DNA from: Macrostomum lignano
Taxonomy: Eukaryota
Length of the DNA: 64,000 bases
Direction: 5' to 3'
Assembly: GCA_002269645.1 (NCBI GenBank)
Contig: NIVC01000212.1
Span: 186,001 to 250,000 of the forward strand
Every line of letters begins with the position of its first letter. The stretch's first letter is position 1. Both the position numbers and the translations under genes were made by a program. The notes beneath the pieces are model-generated. The model was not told where the DNA came from. It saw only the letters and a program-made list of their open reading frames with translations, and made no database searches. Shown in pieces: positions 1-12,500 of the stretch.

Positions 1-424
1 ATAGCGAAATGATTGTTTTTTTATGCGAGCCGGGTTATGGGGTTTCCTGTTTGTCTGGACGGCGGGGCATTTTGAAAACTCGAAACATGAAACGTTTCAC
101 TTGTGAATGCCCCGTCTTTACTCAGGGCAGGCCCACCTGCCTCGGGGCCCAATCCCGGACTTTTCCAATGTTTTCAGGCCCGAGAATCTCTGCCAGCTCG
201 TCCGCTACCAAAGGGCTACGCGGGTAAAGTAACCATCCACATGGACCATCCACCTGGACTCTCTGAAAGGTGGACCAAGCTGCGGGCACCGCAGCACCAG
301 CTGCCCATGGTTGCCAAGGGTTAACGGAATGGGCATCAACGCCTCACCGCTGTATCTGGATGCTAGGAGACTCCCTGCAACTGAGTCAAGCAAGCAAGCT
401 TCTACCGCCACAGGAAGCTATCTC

Positions 425-1300
425 TCACCTGAAGGTTTCCTTCCAGGTCAGGGGAGGTATCGCTCCGTAGGTTATCGCTCCGTAGAACATCTTCGAATTT
501 TCAATAATCGGAGCTCGAAAATTAAAGTAGCCCCATAGAGAGTCGAATTTCTTTTTAAAGAACTTCGTCGAACACGGACTAGATGACAGAGGCACCTGCG
601 ACAACAGGGAGGCTTGAGATACGTGTCTCGGCGACTGCAAGCCCAAGTTGTTAGGCTTAGTCTCCAAGGGCAGGCTGAGGAACAAATAGGTGATGTCCAA
701 CTCTCTTGAGGCGGACATCATCTCGAACAGGCTCTGCGGATTGTAGCTGACTGGCGTGAACTCCAGGGTCAGATGGGGCGAGGACAGCAGGATGGAGTAG
801 CCATTGATGAGGTCTAAAGTGCAGCTGTGCAGGCAGAGAGTCAGGTGAGGCGTCAACTCTTGTGCCAGGGCCTGCCATTCGGGCCTGGTTATACCCTGGT
901 TCCCCCACTTCGCCAAGTCGTTACTTTCCGACGCCTGACACGCGGTCGACGACGTCCCGCACGTGGCAGGCGTTGATTGTCTGGCCATCAGCAGGAGGCC
1001 GTCGGCGAGCACCAGCACCATGGGCGGCTGGTCGCTCAACGGTCCGGTCCGCACCTCGCAGAGAAAATCTGGCAGGAGAATCTCCGTAGGCGGCAGAAGA
1101 AACTCGTTAGGCTCAGCGTGTTCTGTTGATTTCTCGTGGTATTCTTTCAGGCGCTGGAGGCAGGTGGCGGTGAAAGTAGCCTGGCGGCAGCGCACCACTT
1201 TGTGCGAGTTGATTAGGGTTATTAGCTTCGGGCGCACCTGGGAGTCCCAGCTGAGGCTCATGGTGCAGCAGGGTTGCAGTTGCAAAATTGGACTTTGAAC
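425..1300 (-). CDS. Large exon of an uncharacterised protein, possibly PH-like fold; gene model unresolved (candidate extra exons 2341-2386 and 205-417)
   Basis: 293-aa non-repetitive ORF; acceptor cataatgcag| at 1301; upstream candidate exon with GTGAGG donor at 2340 is phase-compatible; segment MVLVLADGLLLMARQ...YSILLSSPHLTLEF resembles PH beta-strands by eye only. Confidence 0.4.
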   Translation of the reverse strand, partial: VQSPILQLQPCCTMSLSWDSQVRPKLITLINSHKVVRCRQATFTATCLQRLKEYHEKSTEHAEPNEFLLPPTEILLPDFLCEVRTGPLSDQPPMVLVLADGLLLMARQSTPATCGTSSTACQASESNDLAKWGNQGITRPEWQALAQELTPHLTLCLHSCTLDLINGYSILLSSPHLTLEFTPVSYNPQSLFEMMSASRELDITYLFLSLPLETKPNNLGLQSPRHVSQASLLSQVPLSSSPCSTKFFKKKFDSLWGYFNFRAPIIENSKMFYGAITYGAIPPLTWKETFR

Positions 1301-1359
1301 CTGCATTATGAAATCGTTTTAATCAGTTTAAAGCAGAACTTATGATTGTGCTCGTTTCA

Positions 1360-2195
1360 TTTCACCCACCCCACTGCTTACCCACCTCACTGCTCACCCA
1401 CCTCACTGTTCACCCACCCCACTGCTCACCCACCCCACTTCTCACCCACCCCACTGCTCACTTACCTCACTGCTCACCCACCCACTGCTCACCCACCCCA
1501 CTGCTCACCCACCCCACTGCTCACTTACCTCACTGCTCACCCACCTCACTGCTCACCCACCCCACTGCTCACCCACCCCACTGCTCACTTACCTCACTGC
1601 TCACCCACCCACTGCTCACCCACCCACTGCTCACCCACCCACTGCTCACCCACCCACTGCTCACTTACCTCACTGCTCACCCACCCACTGCTCACCCACC
1701 CCACTGCTCACCCACCCCACTGCTCACTTACCTCACTGCTTACCCACCTCACTGCTCACCCACCTCACTGCTCACCCAGCTCACTTACCTCACTGCTCAC
1801 TTAACTCACTGCTAACCCACCCCACTGCTCACCCACCCCACTGCTCACTTACCTCACTGCTCACCCACCTCACTGCTCACCCACCTCACTGCTCACCCAG
1901 CTCACTTACCTCACTGCTCACTTAAATCACTGCTCACCCACCCCACTGCTCACCCACCCCACTGCTCACTTACCTCACTGCTCACTTACCTCACTGCTCA
2001 CCCACCTCACTGCTCACCCACCCACTGCTCACCCACCCCACTGCTCACCCACCCCACTGCTCACTTACCTCACTGCTTACCCACCCCACTGCTCACTTAC
2101 CTCACTGCTCACCCACCCCACTGCTCACTTACCTCACTGCTCACCCACCTCACTGATCACCCATCTCACTGCTCACCCACCTCACTACTCACCCA
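1360..2195. repeat. 16-bp minisatellite (CACCCACCCCACTGCT / CACTTACCTCACTGCT)
   Basis: Direct inspection of tandem units. Confidence 0.95.
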
Positions 2196-2599
2196 CTACA
2201 CTTTTCACCAACTAAACTGCCCACCAAGCTTACTGATTACCTTACTTCGCTGCTTACCCACTTTTCTAGTAAAAATTTCATAAAAATATGATTTCAGCAG
2301 ACAACAAATAGATAGAATTACAAACGAAACAGGGCCTCACCGGTCCAGTAAAGTCAGCCTGGCTCGTCGACTCGGGCAAGAAACTCCTTGAAAGAAGTAA
2401 ACAGGCGGCTTTTCCTGCCTTCTACCCGCGATGCCTCAGCTTGAATAGCTAGGGATAAACAACTTCTGGGAATCGGTGATTCGCTGAGACAAAGCACTGG
2501 CTTTGACGGGGGAGGGGTTGAAGGAAGAGGAAGAGAAAGTGATAAGGGCTGCATACAGAATTTCAAATGAAAATGGCGCGGCGCTCTCTTAAATTAAGT

Positions 2600-3125
2600 C
2601 ACGTCTAGGAGTCCTTAAGAGTCCCCTAGAGTCTGTAAGAGTCCCTAAGATTCCCATACAGTCTATATGAGTCCCTAAGAGTCCCATTGAGTCTAAAGGA
2701 GTCCCTAAGATTCCGATAGAGTCTATATGAGTCCCTAAGAGTCCCATTGAGTCTATAAGAGTCCCTAAGATTCCGATAGAGTCTATATGAGTCCCTAAGA
2801 GTCCCATTGAGTCTATAAGAGTCCCTAAGAGTCCCTAAGAGTCCCTTCGAGTCTATAAGAGTCCCTAAGAGTCCCTTCGAGTCTATGAGAGTCCCTAAGA
2901 GTCTATATGAGTTTTTAAGAGTCCCATAGAGTCTATGTGAGTCCCTAAGAGTCCCATAGAGTCTTATATGAGTCCCTAAGAGTCCCTAAGAGTCCCCTTG
3001 AGTCACTACGACTCCTCAGAGTCTGTGAGTCCCATTCAGTCTGTAAGAGTTCCCTAAAAGTACCCTATATAGTCCCCTAAAAGTTTATAAGAGTTTAAGA
3101 GTCTCTGAGAGTCCCTAGGAGCTTC
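2600..3125. repeat. ~30-bp minisatellite built from GAGTC subunits
   Basis: GAGTCCCTAAGAGTCCCATTGAGTCTATA-type units in tandem, decaying rightward. Confidence 0.9.
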
Positions 3126-4117
3126 TATAAAAATCCTTAGATTCCCTACGATTTCCTTAGACTCTAAAAATAACTTTTTATTTCAGTTAAAAAGAAAAAA
3201 TTCCGTTTGCGCAAATTCCAAAACCGTTTGTTTTCTAACTGAACTTAAATGCTATTCTAACCGTCTGTCTATTCTCAAATTTTTATCAAGGAAATATTAC
3301 ATAAAAAATTCATGGCGAGGCTTAGTTGCTAGCCAAACTACACGATTAGCCAATTACCAGGACACGGAGTGTGTGCACAGAGGCCTGACAATGAAAAAGG
3401 TGCGTGTGTACGAGTGCTTCAGGGGTCAGCTTTTCGCACTGCTCAAAAAAGCCAGTATTTTGAGCATCACTTTCTTGAACATCGGCACTGCGTAATAGCA
3501 ACAGCTGTTCCGATCGATCCCGCTGCACTGACAACCGGCCGCGGTGTCACGAGCGGGCAACCGCCGCTCCCTGCTGCAGTCGCGGCAGTCGGCCTGTCCT
3601 CGAGAGCTAAGCCTCGAAAATTGAGAATAATTACAGACTGAGGGACACAAGACGCTGCTAGAATGCAGAAAGAAATATGTGGGGAAGGGAAGGATGGTTT
3701 GAGACCCTTGCAGACTGTCAGGCTGGCCTGTAATTATGGCCAGGCTATGGTGGGGAGGAGAATCGCGAAGGGGCAGGTGCAACCTGTAGCTTAATTAGGA
3801 AGTAGCCCTCCTCCCCCCTGTCGGCTATGTGCCTGGGCGCCGCAGCTACGCATACAGTATCACTCATTTTCTCCGGGTGAGCCGCATCCTTGTCTCTTTC
3901 TTTTCTGTCTACCGGACTCCGATGCTCATTTCTGCCTGACTGGGTACAAAACTGAGTTCTATATCCTGGCCTGTGACACATGCAGCTACCTATACGGTAA
4001 GGTAAAGAAGAAATTGACGCCATTAAAAACAGATGTTCGAAAAATATTAAAGGAAGGGGTGAGGTAGCCAAGTTAAGTCACAAAACATGTCGATAAAAGC
4101 TTGTCGATACAGTTCTA

Positions 4118-4360
4118 GCATTTGGAGTGGAAACGAGTTTTTCACTTTTACCTCATGAGGTCACGCAATTATTGTTAAGATAATGTTCACCGCATGGAGA
4201 AAGCACTGAATGTCTATGACTCATTCTGACTCTGCCTATGCTACTCGCAAAAAAGACTAAATGAGGTTTACAAACTGCGTACACGGACTACTTAAGTAGT
4301 CCGTGACTGCGTAGCCTCATGATCGAGGTAAAAGTTAAAACTCGTTTCCACTCCAGACGC
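4118..4360. mobile_element. MITE, Tc1/mariner-type (TA target duplication)
   Basis: TA|GCATTTGGAGTGGAAACGAGTTTT...AAAACTCGTTTCCACTCCAGACGC|TA; the inverted repeat extends imperfectly to ~50 bp. Confidence 0.75.
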
Positions 4361-4714
4361 TAATTATAGTGCTCATTATAGAACTCCTTGCCTCGGGATT
4401 CTCCCAGTAAATTTCACTGCCAATATTGATCGACTGGGTAGAGTGACGGATTCCCCTACTAGATTGTACACCTACAGACAGCGATTTCCGGGTAGAACTG
4501 CTCCGATGAGTGAACCGATTACAAAGGATTTGATAATTAAAATGATTATCAATCAGTAGATTCATTGTATTCAAACGAACTTCAGTTCCTCGTGGGGAAC
4601 TGAAACGATCATTAATTACATTCCTGCATTCAAATAACCTATCGATATGAACTACATTAATATGATCTATCATTCTGAAATTTATTAAATTAGCGTTCGA
4701 TTTTCCTATATCCT

Positions 4715-4900
4715 AAAAATGAGTTGTCTGTGCATGTATGTATGTATGTAGCTGTGTGATCGATTAGAGAAAAACGGCTCAACCGATTTTCTTCAAACTT
4801 GCACCATTCGATCAGAAATTTTCCTGGGACGGTGTACATGCATCCTGGCTAAGAAATTACTCAATGTTCGAAAAACAAGCTTTTTTGCAAAGGTCAAGCA
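4715..4900 (+). mobile_element. Possible Helentron-associated (HINE/DINE-1-like) fragment
   Basis: Short TGTA microsatellite followed by AAACGGCTCAACCGATTTTCTTCAAACTTG, resembling the aaccgatttt...aaactt motif of such elements. Confidence 0.3.
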
Positions 4901-5464
4901 AAATTTTAGACTTGAAACACATTGTAAGATAGAATGCTAGAGAAAAAACTGACTGACTGAATTTTGATTCTGATAAAGATTGCATCACAACAAGTTGAAA
5001 ACAGTGTCGAAGAAATGCGCACACGACTTGATTTAAATTGCGTAACCATATTGCTAACTTGAATTGAGACTGATACTGGCTGACTGAGAAATTGATTATG
5101 TCATAACTTTTTACTCTAACCGACTTGCTGTAAGTATTGAACTATAAGGGCCACAATTCATGTTCTCCAATTGAAAAGAGATAGCCTATATGATGCGAAC
5201 AGACTGAACTGCTAATGTAGCGACCTGGGTTCGAATCTTAGTAGTGCAAAATAATTTTTTTATTAAAACACCTTAAAAACACAAAATGCTAAACATAAAA
5301 GAGCCACCATGTCAAACATAAAAGAGCCACCATGCCAAACATAAAAGAGCTATCATTTCAAACATAAAAGAGACACCGTTTCAAACATAAAAAGAAGTGT
5401 CATGCCAAACAAAATGGAGCCTATAAAGCTAAGGAAATTGTTGCACTAGCTACTTGTTCTCTGG

Positions 5465-5915
5465 TGGATGCTTGCTATTTAAGGATGGTTTCTTGCTATC
5501 AGGGGGATGATTGCTATCTGAGGGATGCTTGCTATCTGAGGGATGCTTGCTATCTGAGGGATGCTTGCTATCTGAGGGATGCTTGCTATCTGAGGGATGC
5601 TTGCTATCTGAGGGTTGCTTGCTATCGGAAGGATGCTTGCTACTGGGGTAACTTGCTATTGGAAGATGCTTGCTCTTGGGGGGTGGAGGGTACTTGCTAT
5701 CTGAGAGGGGGTTGCTAGATATCTATAAAGTCTCTTTGTATCCAGGTTATGCTAGCTATCTGGGGGTTGCTTGCTATCTGGGGGATGCTTGCTATCCTGG
5801 GGTTGCTTGCTATCTGGGGGGATGCTTGCTATCCTGGGGTTGCTTGCTATCTGGGGGGGTGCTTGCTATCTGGGGGATGCTTGCAGTCTGGGGGATGCTT
5901 GCTATTTGGGGATCG
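5465..5915. repeat. 18-bp minisatellite (GGGATGCTTGCTATCTGA), with a separate short 23-bp array at 5290-5420
   Basis: Direct inspection. Confidence 0.9.
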
Positions 5916-6527
5916 ATGCTTGAATGCTGTCTTTGGATGTTTTGTTTTTAGAGGGAATGTCTGTTGTTTTTTATGAAGGCTTTATTTCGCTGTCTATTTG
6001 TTATTTGTAAAGAGCAAGGATTCTATCCAGATGTCCCAATCGGGAGGGCGAAGATTGCTAGTTAGTTACAGTTACTAAATTCACTCTGTCTGGAGACCTC
6101 TGTCAGAGACCTGTGTCGGGAGGTCTATGTCCAGACACCCTGTCTAGAAACCCAATCCAGAGACATTCAGGTGGTATCGTACCACATTGAAGTTTAGACA
6201 AATTAGCGCTTTAAATTTATCAATTCTATCAAAAAACCTTACTTGCAGGTGAGCTAAATAATGCGAGTAACGATTAAATAGGAGCATCTGATTGGATACA
6301 GTAAGGTTAGGTTGGATTGAGTTAGGGTCAGGTTCTGATTAGGGTTAGGTTTAGGGTTAAGTCTATGGTTAAATCAGGGTTTGGGTCAGTCAGCAGTTGG
6401 TGCCGTTTTTAGATAAAGTCAGTAAAATAAGAGTTGTTTGAAACATTGCAATTGTTTATATTTTGCATTTAAACAGATGTTTAACGACAGTTTCTGTTCA
6501 AGCATCCAATTCAGCAGCTTTCATCAG

Positions 6528-9500
6528 TCAGGCAGTTTCGCCAGAGTAGTTCTTCGGAACCGGAACCAGATCGAATATCTCCATTGCGTCCCTACCGCCG
6601 CACTTTTCACCATACAAATAGTTGTAACATTGAACGTTGCATATCAAATTGAGAACATTTCGGGACCTGATTTCATCTCCACAGAAGCACCGTCTACCAT
6701 CAAACAGGCCAAAGTATTTCCAAGTTTTTTCCATCAAGCAGTGAGTGGCGCAGACTCGTTGGCTCATGTATTTGAAGTCTTCGTCAACTTCATATTTTAA
6801 AGCAAAATCTCTATGATCTCCATTCAGGTACCAAAGGTAGCATCCTTTCGAAGGCGCTTGAAAAAAATGGAACGAAAGTTAAGTAAAAGAATGCGAATGA
6901 TGAGGCAGAGCCAGCAAGACTTACCGGGAATCATGGGCTGCATATCGATGGGTGCACCTGAAATTTACAGGTTATGATGGCGTTCTTGAGCTCAATAGTA
7001 TACTATATTCACAAGCTGAAATTTTCAGATTGTAAAAAGTTGTTGTTTTATTGCCCCGAAAGACAATCTTGTTTTGAAGACAATCAATAAAAGTTCATAC
7101 ACTTTTCCGTACACTTTGAGCTTGAAAAAGCAACGCGTGAATAGCCTGCATAATGTGGCAAACTATTTTTGTTTGTATAATTGCAAACAATCTCAACTCA
7201 ATTTAGGAGGCTGCTCAGTTATTGCACACAATGACAGGTCGGTTTTGCAGACTGATTAGTTATTGCACACAATCACAGTTTGGTTTTGCAGACTGATTAG
7301 TTATTGCACACAATCACAGTTTGGTTTTGCAGACTGATTAGTTATTGCACACAATCACAGTTTGGTTTTGCAGACTGATTAGTTATTGCACACAATCACA
7401 GGTCGGTTTTGCAGACTGCTCAATATTAGCACACGATAACAGGTCGATTTTGATGCACTTAAATTTCTCACCTTCAGGTTCGTAGACATCCAGAGCGCTT
7501 TGGCCGGAGTAGATTTTCGGTACCGGCTTCAGATCGAATACTTCTATTGCGCCCCTACCGCCGCATTTTTTATGATACAAATAGTTGAAACATGAAGCGT
7601 TGCAGTAATACTTGGGAATAATTTGTGATTGGATTTTATTTCCACAGAGGCACCGTCTACCATCAGCCAGGCCAAAGTATTTCCATCTTGTTTCCATCAA
7701 GCAGTGAGAGGCGCAGACTCGTTGGCTCATGTATTTGAAGTCTTCTTTGATCTCTCTAGTAAGAACGGAATAACCATTCCCCCAATGGTAGCATCCCTTC
7801 GAAGGCGCTTAAATGAAAAATGGACGAAAGTTAGGCAAAAAAAGGAATGCGAATGATGAAGCAGAGCTAGCAAGACTTACCGGGAATCATTGGCTGCATA
7901 TCGATGGGTGCACCTGAAATTCATGAGGTTTTTATGGCGTTTTATATGACAACTATACCATTAGCTCTTAATCTTTACAAGCTCTTCACAAACTGTTGTA
8001 AGCTTTGAAAAAGTTTAATATTTTGTCAATAAAAGTTCACTAGCTGGCTACAGAACATTTGAGCTTGACAAATAAAAGAATCTTGAATAGTCTTCATAAT
8101 GTGACAGACTCATCATTCCTAAGACTGATTAGTTATTGCACACAATGACAGGTCGGTTTTGTAGACTGATTACTTATTGCACACATTCACAGGTCGGTTT
8201 TTCAGACTGATTAGTTATTGCACACAATTACAGGTCGGTTTTGCAGACTGATTAGTTATTGCACACAATGACAGGTCAGTTTTGCAGACTGATTAGTTAT
8301 TGCACACAATGACAGGTCGGTTTTGCAGACTGATTAGTTATTGCACACATTCACAGGTCGGTTTTGCAGACTGATTAGTTATTGCACACAAGCACAGGTC
8401 GGTTTTGCAGACTGATTAGTTATTGCACACATTCACAGGTCAGTTTTGCAGACTGATTAGTTATTGCACACAATCACAGGTCGGTTTTGCAGACTGATTA
8501 GTTATTGCACACAATCACAGGTCGGTTTTGCAGACTGATTAGTTATTGCACACAATCACAGGTCGGTTTTGCAGACTGCTCAATATTAGCACACGATAAC
8601 AGGTCGATTCTGATGCACTTAAATTTCTCACCTTCAGGTTCGTAGACATCCAGAGCGCTTTGGCCGGAGTAGATTTTCGGTACCGGCTTCAGATCGAATA
8701 CTTCTATTGCGCCCCTACCGCCGCACTTTTTATGATACAAATAGTTGAAACATGAAGCTTTGCAGTCCAACTTGGGAACAATTGTTTTGCTATGGATTTT
8801 ATTTCCACAGAGGCACAGTCTACCATCAGCCAGGCCAAAGTATTTAGATCCTAATTCCATCAAGCAGTGAGAGGCGCAGACTCGTTGGCTCATGTATTTG
8901 AAGTCTTCTTTGATCTCTCTACTAAGAACGGAATAATGATTCCCCCAATGGTAGCATCCCTTCGAAGGCGCTTAAATGAAAAATGGACGAAAGTTAGGCA
9001 AAAAAAGGAATGCGAATGATGAAGCAGAGCTAGCAAGACTTACCGGGAATCATTGGCTGCATATCGATGGGTGCACCTGAAATTCATGAGGTTTTTATGG
9101 CGTTTTATATGACAACTATACCATTAGCTCTTAGTCTTACAAGCTCTTCACAAACTGTTGTAAGCTTTGAAAAAGTTCAATATTTTGTCAATAAAAGTTC
9201 ACTAGCTGGCTACAGAACATTTGAGTTTGACAAATAAAAGAATCTTGAATAGTCTTCATAATGTGACAGACTCATCATTCCTAAGACTGATTAGTTATTG
9301 CACACAATGACAGGTCGGCTTTGTAGACTGATTAGTTATTGCACACATTCACAGGTCAGTTTTGCAGACTGATTAGTTATTGCACACAATCACAGGTCGG
9401 TTTTGCAGACTGATTAGTTATTGCACACAATGACAGGTCGGTTTTGTAGACTGATTAGTTATTGCACACAATCACAGGTCGGTTTTGCAGACTGATTAGT

Positions 9501-12500
9501 TATTGCACACAATGACAGGTCGGTTTTGCAGACTGATTAGTTATTGCACACAATCACAGGTCGGTTTTGCAGACTGATTAGTTATTGCACACAATGACAG
9601 GTCGGTTTTGTAGACTGATTAGTTATTGCACACAATCACAGGTCGGTTTTGCAGACTTATTAGTTATTGCACACAATGACAGGTCGGTTTTGCAGACTGA
9701 TTAGTTATTGCACACAATCACAGGTCGGTTTTGCAGACTGATTAGTTATTGCACACAATCACAGGTCGGTTTTGCAGACTGATTAGTTATTGCACACAAT
9801 CACAGGTCGGTTTTGCAGACTGATTAGTTATTGCACACAATGACAGGTCGGTTTTGTAGACTGATTAGTTATTGCACACAATGACAGGTCGGTTTTGCAG
9901 ACTGATTAGTTATTGCACACAATGACAGGTCGGTTTTGCAGACTGATTAGTTATTGCACACAATCACAGGTCGGTTTTGCAGACTGATTAGTTATTGCAC
10001 ACAATGACAGGTCGGTTTTGTAGACTGATTAGTTATTGCACACAATGACAGGTCGGTTTTGCAGACTGATTAGTTATTGCACACAATCACAGGTCGGTTT
10101 TGCAGACTGATTAGTTATTGCACACAATCACAGTTTGGTTTTGCAGACTGATTAGTTATTGCACACAATCACAGGTCGGTTTTGCAGACTGATTAGTTAT
10201 TGCACACAATCACAGGTCGGTTTTGCAGACTGATTAGTTATTGCACACAATGACAGGTCGGTTTTGCAGACTGATTAGTTATTGCACACAATCACAGGTC
10301 GGTTTTGCAGACTGATTAGTTATTGCACACAATGACAGGTCGGTTTTGCAGACTGATTAGTTATTGCACACAATCACAGGTCGGTTTTGCAGACTGATTA
10401 GTTATTGCACACAATCACAGGTCGGTTTTGCAGACTGATTAGTTATTGCACACAATCACAGGTCGGTTTTGCAGACTGATTAGTTATTGCACACAATGAC
10501 AGGTCGGTTTTGTAGACTGATTAGTTATTGCACACAATGACAGGTCGGTTTTGCAGACTGATTAGTTATTGCACACAATGACAGGTCGGTTTTGCAGACT
10601 GATTAGTTATTGCACACAATCACAGGTCGGTTTTGCAGACTGATTAGTTATTGCACACAATGACAGGTCGGTTTTGTAGACTGATTAGTTATTGCACACA
10701 ATGACAGGTCGGTTTTGCAGACTGATTAGTTATTGCACACAATCACAGGTCGGTTTTGCAGACTGATTAGTTATTGCACACAATCACAGGTCGGTTTTGC
10801 AGACTTATTAGTTATTGCACACATTCACAGGTCGGTTTTGCAGACTGATTAGTTATTGCACACAATCACAGTTTGGTTTTGCAGACTGATTAGTTATTGC
10901 ACACAATCACAGGTCGGTTTTGCAGACTGATTAGTTATTGCACACAATCACAGGTCGGTTTTGCAGACTGATTAGTTATTGCACACAATCACAGTTTGGT
11001 TTTGCAGACTGATTAGTTATTGCACACAATCACAGGTCGGTTTTGCAGACTGATTAGTTATTGCACACAATGACAGGTCGGTTCTGCAGACTGATTAGTT
11101 ATTGCACACAATCACAGGTCGGTTTTGCAGACTGATTAGTTATTGCACACAATGACAGGTCGGTTTTGTAGACTGATTAGTTATTGCACACAATGACAGG
11201 TCGGTTTTGCAGACTGATTAGTTATTGCACACAATGACAGGTCGGTTTTGCAGACTGATTAGTTATTGCACACAATCACAGGTCGGTTTTGCAGACTGAT
11301 TAGTTATTGCACACAATCACAGGTCGGTTTTGCAGACTGATTAGTTATTGCACACAATCACAGGTCGGTTTTGCAGACTGATTAGTTATTGCACACAATG
11401 ACAGGTCGGTTTTGTAGACTGATTAGTTATTGCACACAATGACAGGTCGGTTTTGCAGACTGATTAGTTATTGCACACAATGACAGGTCGGTTTTGCAGA
11501 CTGATTAGTTATTGCACACAATCACAGGTCGGTTTTGCAGACTGATTAGTTATTGCACACAATGACAGGTCGGTTTTGTAGACTGATTAGTTATTGCACA
11601 CAATGACAGGTCGGTTTTGCAGACTGATTAGTTATTGCACACAATCACAGGTCGGTTTTGCAGACTGATTAGTTATTGCACACAATCACAGTTTGGTTTT
11701 GCAGACTGATTAGTTATTGCACACAATCACAGGTCGGTTTTGCAGACTGATTAGTTATTGCACACAATCACAGGTCGGTTTTGCAGACTGATTAGTTATT
11801 GCACACAATGACAGGTCGGTTTTGCAGACTGATTAGTTATTGCACACAATCACAGGTCGGTTTTGCAGACTGATTAGTTATTGCACACAATGACAGGTCG
11901 GTTTTGCAGACTGATTAGTTATTGCACACAATCACAGGTCGGTTTTGCAGACTGATTAGTTATTGCACACAATCACAGGTCGGTTTTGCAGACTGATTAG
12001 TTATTGCACACAATCACAGGTCGGTTTTGCAGACTGATTAGTTATTGCACACAATGACAGGTCGGTTTTGTAGACTGATTAGTTATTGCACACAATGACA
12101 GGTCGGTTTTGCAGACTGATTAGTTATTGCACACAATGACAGGTCGGTTTTGCAGACTGATTAGTTATTGCACACAATCACAGGTCGGTTTTGCAGACTG
12201 ATTAGTTATTGCACACAATGACAGGTCGGTTTTGTAGACTGATTAGTTATTGCACACAATGACAGGTCGGTTTTGCAGACTGATTAGTTATTGCACACAA
12301 TCACAGGTCGGTTTTGCAGACTGATTAGTTATTGCACACAATCACAGGTCGGTTTTGCAGACTTATTAGTTATTGCACACATTCACAGGTCGGTTTTGCA
12401 GACTGATTAGTTATTGCACACAATCACAGTTTGGTTTTGCAGACTGATTAGTTATTGCACACAATCACAGGTCGGTTTTGCAGACTGATTAGTTATTGCA

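Noticed and set aside
3346-4673. Short ORFs in 3.3-4.7 kb
   Set aside because: No recognisable domains or convincing splice chain; the region includes a MITE.
5195-5260. tRNA gene (GGTTCGAATC B box)
   Set aside because: No acceptor stem or cloverleaf; at most a SINE or Helitron relic.
6295-6390. TTAGGG-like tract as a telomere or interstitial telomere
   Set aside because: Short and heavily degenerate, with only about two exact hexamers.
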